Assembly: GCA_964410095.1 (NCBI GenBank)
Contig: CAYPFL010000007.1
Location: 10,952 to 74,951 of the forward strand
Direction of reading: 5' to 3'
DNA length: 64,000 nucleotides
Origin: an uncultured Thermodesulfatator sp.
GTDB lineage: Bacteria > Desulfobacterota > Thermodesulfobacteria > Thermodesulfobacteriales > Thermodesulfobacteriaceae
Below the pieces are notes generated by a model, which was not told the origin of the DNA, made no database searches, and worked only from the letters and a program-made list of their open reading frames with translations. Below, in pieces: positions 58,863-64,000 of this stretch (position 1 is its first letter; each line of letters begins with the position of its first letter). The translations under genes were made by a program, and so were the position numbers.

Positions 58863-60558
58863 TATCTTCACCCCATCTTCTTGGAAAATTCCAACCTCCA
58901 AGAGGCACAAAACATCTCTCAAATCCATTAGCTCTTAAAATTCTTTCAGCTTCGTAAGATCTTCTACCAGTGCTACAAATTAAAATTAAATCTTTATCTT
59001 TTGGTAATTCATTTAAACGATTTCTTAATTCGGGAAAAGGAATGTTTATCCAGTTAGAATACTTTTTAACCATAGGTTTTGCCTCACGGGGGTGTCTTAA
59101 ATCAATAAATACTATATTGGTATCTCCGTTTCTAAGTTTTTCTAATGTTTCTTCTAAGGAAATGGGAGTTATCATATTTTTAATAAGAGCTTCTGCAACA
59201 TGAGCAGTGTCATGGATAGGATCAAGGGGGTTATTAAAAGGTGGAGCATAAGCTAATTCTAAAGAAATTAAATCTTTTATTGTGGGTTTATAAGGCAAAA
59301 TACTTGAAATTGCATGAATTCTTGCAAGTGTTCCATCTGTAAAAGGCCCCACTGCTTGAAATCCTAATACTTTTGTAGTTTTTTTATCAAATACAAGAGA
59401 ATAAAAACCAAATTTTGCATCTGGATAAAAATGACTTCTTTCTGTTTGATTATTAAGAGCTTGAAGTGCTTCGAATCCTTCATCTTTTGCTGTTTCTAAA
59501 CTTAAACCACACCCTCCAATTGCTAATTCAAAACACTTTAATATAAATGCTCCTATTGTCCCAGGGAATATATCAGGTTCTCCTATTATATTATTTGCGA
59601 TCACTCTTCCTTGTCTATTAGCAAGAGAGCCCATGGGCATAACAACTTTTTTACCTGTTATTAAATGTCTAATTTCTACACAATCTCCACCAGCATATAT
59701 ATCTGGATCAGAAGTTTGCATCTTTTCATTAACAACAATCCCATCTGTAATCGGGGATACTAATAATCCTGCTTTTTTGGCAAGTTCACTATTTGGTTTA
59801 ACTCCTGTTGCTAATATTATGAGATCTGCTTGATATTCCTTTTTTTCTGTTTTTATACCAATGACCTTTCCATCTTTTCCTATTATTTCTTTTATTCTTG
59901 CATTGAGTTCAAGTTCAATTCCTTTATCTCTTAAATGTTGTTCTACAATTCTTGATAAACAGGGATCTATTATTTTAGGTAAAACTTGAGGGAAATACTC
60001 AAGAATTTTTACTGGGAGTCCCCAAAGATCTCCTAAGGCTTCTGCAAGTTCAAGCCCTGTAAAACCAGCTCCTATAATAACAGGATTTTCTACTTCGCCC
60101 TTAGAAATTTTCTGTCTAATTTCTAAAGCTGTTTTAAAATTAATAGATGTATAAACACCATCTAAATCTACTCCAGGAATAGAAGGTATTTTTGGAAGTG
60201 AACCAGTAGCAATAACTAATTTATCATAAGGTATTTCATCTAATTTTCCATTATTAAGATATTTTACTTTTACTACTTTTTTCTCTCTATTAATCTCTTC
60301 TACTTGGGTTTTATTTAATATCTTAATTCCTTTAGCTTCTTCAAAAAAATTTATATCTCTTACTACTTTATAAGAGGTTTCTCTTAAATTATTCTCATAA
60401 GGAATGTCACCCGAAATATAATACGGGATTCCACAAGCACTATAAGAAAAAATTTCTTCTTTATCAATCATTATAACTTCAATATTTGGATCCAACCTTT
60501 TTAATCTGCATGCTGCTTTTCCACCACATGCATTAGCTCCTATGACAACTACACGCAT
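58855..60558 (-). CDS. CoA-disulfide/persulfide reductase-like flavoprotein with C-terminal rhodanese domain
   Basis: SYSACGIPY redox Cys, ATG, IGAGFTGLE, GDC, LAYAPPF, rhodanese LICSTGRRS. Confidence 0.88.
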   Translation of the reverse strand: MRVVVIGANACGGKAACRLKRLDPNIEVIMIDKEEIFSYSACGIPYYISGDIPYENNLRETSYKVVRDINFFEEAKGIKILNKTQVEEINREKKVVKVKYLNNGKLDEIPYDKLVIATGSLPKIPSIPGVDLDGVYTSINFKTALEIRQKISKGEVENPVIIGAGFTGLELAEALGDLWGLPVKILEYFPQVLPKIIDPCLSRIVEQHLRDKGIELELNARIKEIIGKDGKVIGIKTEKKEYQADLIILATGVKPNSELAKKAGLLVSPITDGIVVNEKMQTSDPDIYAGGDCVEIRHLITGKKVVMPMGSLANRQGRVIANNIIGEPDIFPGTIGAFILKCFELAIGGCGLSLETAKDEGFEALQALNNQTERSHFYPDAKFGFYSLVFDKKTTKVLGFQAVGPFTDGTLARIHAISSILPYKPTIKDLISLELAYAPPFNNPLDPIHDTAHVAEALIKNMITPISLEETLEKLRNGDTNIVFIDLRHPREAKPMVKKYSNWINIPFPELRNRLNELPKDKDLILICSTGRRSYEAERILRANGFERCFVPLGGWNFPRRWGEDIE

Positions 60559-60642
60559 TTTATCCTCCGGAAATTTTTATTCCTGAAATTTTATCACAAA
60601 TCTATAAAAAGAGAACAAAATAGTTATAATCTTTATTTTAAA

Positions 60643-61110
60643 ATGAAAAAAATAAAAATTTTAGCTCCTGGACCTTTAAAATTTAATTTTATTAGGGATG
60701 GTCTGGAATATTATAAAAACAAAATTTCTCCTTTTATTTCTCTTGAACTTATAATTCCTAAAATAAAAACCTCGGGACTAAACAAGGAGCAAAAATTAAT
60801 AAAAGAAGAAAAAGTTTTAAGAAAATACTTATCTCCTAAGGATTATTTAATAATACTTGATGAGAGAGGAAAGATGTTAAAAAGTATAGAATTGGCAAGA
60901 CATTTAGAAAAAATTCTGGAAATTCACGATTCTTTATGTTTTATAATAGGTGGACCTGAGGGAATCTCCAAGAATCTTAAAAACGAAGCCCAAGAAATAC
61001 TTAGTCTTTCATCTTTAACTTTAAATCATGAAATAGCTCTTTTAATGCTCTTAGAGGCTATTTATAGAAGCTTTACTATTATAAAGAAATTTCCCTATCA
61101 TCGTGAATAA
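60643..61110 (+). CDS. rlmH: 23S rRNA pseudouridine-N3 methyltransferase
   Basis: LDERGK, IGGPEG, LSLS.LT..H, IYR, PYHRE. Confidence 0.93.
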   Translation: MKKIKILAPGPLKFNFIRDGLEYYKNKISPFISLELIIPKIKTSGLNKEQKLIKEEKVLRKYLSPKDYLIILDERGKMLKSIELARHLEKILEIHDSLCFIIGGPEGISKNLKNEAQEILSLSSLTLNHEIALLMLLEAIYRSFTIIKKFPYHRE

Positions 61111-61168
61111 ATATAAATAAAATCTATAAAAATTTAAAATATTTCCCTTTATTTAACATTTTTAAAAC

Positions 61169-61196
61169 TTGACTTTTGTTTTTGAGTTAATACAAT
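61169..61196 (+). promoter_or_regulatory. sigma70 promoter of the hmc operon
   Basis: TTGACT-16 nt-TACAAT. Confidence 0.55.
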
Positions 61197-61262
61197 AATT
61201 TTTTAAATTTTGTTTAATGCCTTAATGTGTTATTTTTTTAAAAAATTTTTAGGGATTAAAAA

Positions 61263-62873
61263 ATGAAGAAAAAATTTTTAGCTCTGGGATTAGGAATTTT
61301 AACATTTTGTATAGGATCTATACAAGCTAAAGGCGTAAATAAAGTAGAACAGGTCAAAAAAGACCTGGTAAAAGAAGGTGTAATTGTTATCCAACATGAA
61401 AAAGTATTTAAGAAATTTGAGTATCCACCAGTAGTTTTTAATCATCAAAAACATGTAAAAGCAGTTAAAGAAGATTGTAAAGAATGTCATTTAGTAGATA
61501 AAGAAAAGAAGCTTATTTTTGATTTTTTAAGTCGGGAAGTCTTCGAAGATCCAGAAAAAGCTAAGGTTAAATATCATGAAAAATGTGTAGAATGCCATAA
61601 AAAATTTGCTAAAAAGAATCAAAAAACAGGTCCTACAGGTCTTGTATGTGGAGATTGTCATATAAGAAAGGCTCCTATTGTTAAATATCCTGTAATGGAT
61701 TTTGATTTTTATTTACATGATAAACACGAAAAGAAATTAGAAAAACTGGTTAAAGGTAAAATAAAAGGTAGATGTGATTTATGTCATCATACTTATGATC
61801 TTAAAAAGAAAAAAGAAGAAGCTTTAAAGTATGAAAAAGGTAAAGAAGAATCTTGTTATTATTGCCATGATTTTACTAAAGAAAGAAAAAATCCTGATTT
61901 AGTAAAAATTATAAATATTGCTAAAGAAGATCGCTGGTGCTTAAAGCGTGCTTCTCATTATCGTTGTTTAAATTGTCATTTAGAATACAAAGAAAAGAAA
62001 AAAGATACAGGACCTATAGAATGTGCTAAATGTCATACTGGTAAATATAGAACTGTAGAAGAGCTTGCTAAAATTAAGCGCCCAGATAGAAAACAAAAAG
62101 AAGAGATGTTTCTTTTTAACAAGACAGTATCTAAAATGAAAGGAGTTCCTTTTGATCATAAATCTCATGAATATGCACTTACCAAGTGTAGAGATTGTCA
62201 TCATGAAAGACTTGAGGCATGTAGAGATTGTCATACTCCTTCTGGAGATATTAAAGGTGGATATGTAAGTTTAGTTACTGCGCTTCATTCTAAATCTAAA
62301 CAGAGTTGTGTAGGTTGTCATTATGAACAGACAAAAAATAAAGATTGTTATGGATGCCATTATTTTATTGGATTTCCTGAAGTTAAGAATGAAATAGCTT
62401 CTAAGAGAACTTGTAATATCTGTCATTCTGGTAAAAAGAAGATTGGAGAAATTAAACCTATTAGTTTAAAACCTTTCCTCGCTAAAAAGATTGATAAAGA
62501 TATTGAAATAAAGATTTTGGAAAAAGAATATAAACCTGCAAAGCTTCCTCACGAAAAAATAGTTAAAAAGTTGTTGGAGATTTCCAATAAAAGTAAATTG
62601 GCTACATATTTCCATCAGAGTTTAGATACCCTTTGCATGGGTTGTCATCACAAAAGTTTAACTAAAGCGGAACAAGAAGAACAAAAACCACCTTTATGTA
62701 AAAGTTGTCATAGTGTAGAAGTAGAAGTATTAAAACCTGAGAAACCAAAGTTACAGGCTGCTTACCATGTAATGTGTATAAAATGCCATATAGAGATGGA
62801 TCTTAAGAAAGGACTTGAATGTACAGATTGCCATAAAGAAAAAGAGGTTCGTCCAAAATTTACTTTAGATTAA
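61263..62873 (+). CDS. hmcA: high-molecular-weight 16-heme cytochrome c
   Basis: Sec signal peptide; I count 16 CxxCH motifs; followed by an HmcB-like gene. Confidence 0.9.
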   Translation: MKKKFLALGLGILTFCIGSIQAKGVNKVEQVKKDLVKEGVIVIQHEKVFKKFEYPPVVFNHQKHVKAVKEDCKECHLVDKEKKLIFDFLSREVFEDPEKAKVKYHEKCVECHKKFAKKNQKTGPTGLVCGDCHIRKAPIVKYPVMDFDFYLHDKHEKKLEKLVKGKIKGRCDLCHHTYDLKKKKEEALKYEKGKEESCYYCHDFTKERKNPDLVKIINIAKEDRWCLKRASHYRCLNCHLEYKEKKKDTGPIECAKCHTGKYRTVEELAKIKRPDRKQKEEMFLFNKTVSKMKGVPFDHKSHEYALTKCRDCHHERLEACRDCHTPSGDIKGGYVSLVTALHSKSKQSCVGCHYEQTKNKDCYGCHYFIGFPEVKNEIASKRTCNICHSGKKKIGEIKPISLKPFLAKKIDKDIEIKILEKEYKPAKLPHEKIVKKLLEISNKSKLATYFHQSLDTLCMGCHHKSLTKAEQEEQKPPLCKSCHSVEVEVLKPEKPKLQAAYHVMCIKCHIEMDLKKGLECTDCHKEKEVRPKFTLD

Positions 62874-62890
62874 CAAAAGAGGAAAAAGCT

Positions 62891-63004
62891 ATGCATATTT
62901 GGGAACAACTTTTTACAGATCACGGGTTAGAAGCTGCTTTAGCAGCATTAACATTTTTTATTTTTATAGTTATTTTTTCAACATTAAAAGAAAAAAGATT
63001 TTAA
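62891..63004 (+). CDS. 37-aa single-pass membrane peptide within the hmc operon
   Basis: AAGAGG SD, then MHIWEQLFTDHGLEAALAALTFFIFIVIFSTLKEKRF*; fills the hmcA-hmcB gap; below the track's size cut-off. Confidence 0.7.
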   Translation: MHIWEQLFTDHGLEAALAALTFFIFIVIFSTLKEKRF

Positions 63005-63027
63005 AACTTTTTATGGGGATTTAACCT

Positions 63028-63990
63028 ATGAAGTTAAATAGAAGAGAATTTTTAAGCAAGGTTTTGAAACTTGGAGGGGTTTTATCCCTTAGTAAAAGCG
63101 AAATAGTTTCTATAAAATTTACTGAAAATACTGCAAATGAAAGAAATTGGAAATTATATGAAAAAAGAAAAGAGGAAGGTAAAGAAGTTCCTTTAGAAGA
63201 TTCTTACGCGGTATTGGTTGATCTTACAAGGTGTATAGGATGTAGGCGTTGTGAATGGGCATGTAATGAATGGAATAAAAATCCTAATCAACCTATTGAA
63301 GAATTTGAAAAATCTCGTTTTCAAAAACCATCTGTATTTGATAAAATTAGAAGAACGCATGCAGGGAATTTTACAGTAGTTAATAGATTTTATGATTCTG
63401 AAGGTAAACCTGTATATGTAAAAAAACAATGTATGCATTGTTTAGAGCCTTCTTGTGCATCTGCATGCTTTGTAGAAGCATTTGTTAGAACACCAGAAGG
63501 TCCAGTTCTTTATAATCCTTCTGTATGTGTAGGTTGTCGTTATTGTATGGTTGCTTGTCCTTTTGATATACCTGCTTATGAATATTATGATGCTTTTGCT
63601 CCTCAAGTTACAAAATGTACTTTTTGCTTTGATAGAATTACAGAAGGGAAAAAACCTGCTTGTGTTACTATATGTTCTGCTAATGCTTTAATTTTTGGTA
63701 AAAGGAAAGAATTAATCCGTTTAGCTCATAAGATTATAGAAGATAATCCTGATAAGTATGTTCCTTATGTATATGGAGAACATGATTTTGGTGGAACAAG
63801 TTGGCTTTATATTTCAAATGTACCATTTGAAAAACTTGGTTTTCCAGTAGGATTTAAAGAGGCGCCTCGTAGATATACAGAAAATTACTTATTTGCTATA
63901 AAAGTTCTCGAAATATTAGCAGCTCCGCCTTTAGTTTATTTAGCTTACAAAGCCCTTAAAGAACACGAATATGAAAAAGACCATGAATAA
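63028..63990 (+). CDS. hmcB: HmcB-type polyferredoxin subunit
   Basis: Tat motif NRREFL; CIGCRRC, CMHCLEPSC, CVGCRYC, KCTFC; C-terminal TM helix. Confidence 0.88.
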   Translation: MKLNRREFLSKVLKLGGVLSLSKSEIVSIKFTENTANERNWKLYEKRKEEGKEVPLEDSYAVLVDLTRCIGCRRCEWACNEWNKNPNQPIEEFEKSRFQKPSVFDKIRRTHAGNFTVVNRFYDSEGKPVYVKKQCMHCLEPSCASACFVEAFVRTPEGPVLYNPSVCVGCRYCMVACPFDIPAYEYYDAFAPQVTKCTFCFDRITEGKKPACVTICSANALIFGKRKELIRLAHKIIEDNPDKYVPYVYGEHDFGGTSWLYISNVPFEKLGFPVGFKEAPRRYTENYLFAIKVLEILAAPPLVYLAYKALKEHEYEKDHE

Positions 63991-64000
63991 TAAAAAATTT
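63983..64000 (+). CDS. probable start of the next hmc gene (hmcC-like), runs off the window
   Basis: ATG AAT AAT AAA AAA TTT overlaps the hmcB stop; identity inferred only from operon order. Confidence 0.35.

Noticed and set aside
60581-60600. Rex-like site (TTGTGAT...) upstream of the CoA-disulfide reductase gene
   Set aside because: The second half-site does not match at the right spacing; better read as an extended -10 (TG-a-TAAAAT).

Overview
This is a very AT-rich (about 30% GC by eye) bacterial chromosome segment. Its gene content suggests a thermophilic sulfate reducer of the Thermodesulfobacterium type, which is an inference from the 16-heme Hmc complex, the di-myo-inositol-phosphate genes and the futalosine pathway. 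Most of the window is housekeeping: ftsE, proC, hslO, pyrDK, murJ, ribBA, RNA-modification enzymes, an LPS-core cluster, mqnE, an AddB-like nuclease, ilvE, flgM, mreB, dapL, gyrA, trpEG, hisS, hmcAB and tRNA-Phe. Two accessory patches stand out. At 7.4-11.9 kb, co-oriented ORFs and gene remnants (Zn-peptidase fragment, orphan membrane protein, methyltransferase with a nuclease-dead SNase-like tail plus an MjaI-family endonuclease, a HEPN-domain orphan, an ICMT-family remnant) are separated by related, decayed hairpins. The two best of these end in GTTRRRY, so the patch looks like an eroding integron-type cassette array with no integrase in view. At 18.0-18.7 kb, near tRNA-Phe, a DUF4145 pseudogene is flanked by similar sites. 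Other signals are recurring leaderless or near-leaderless genes with back-to-back promoters sharing one -35 box, two conserved genes with no ATG/GTG/TTG start (a YkgJ-family gene with ATT, and a folK missing from the ORF track), a nitrilase-RfaE2 fusion, and an unannotated 37-aa membrane peptide inside the hmc operon. All family assignments come from motif recognition by eye; no searches were run.
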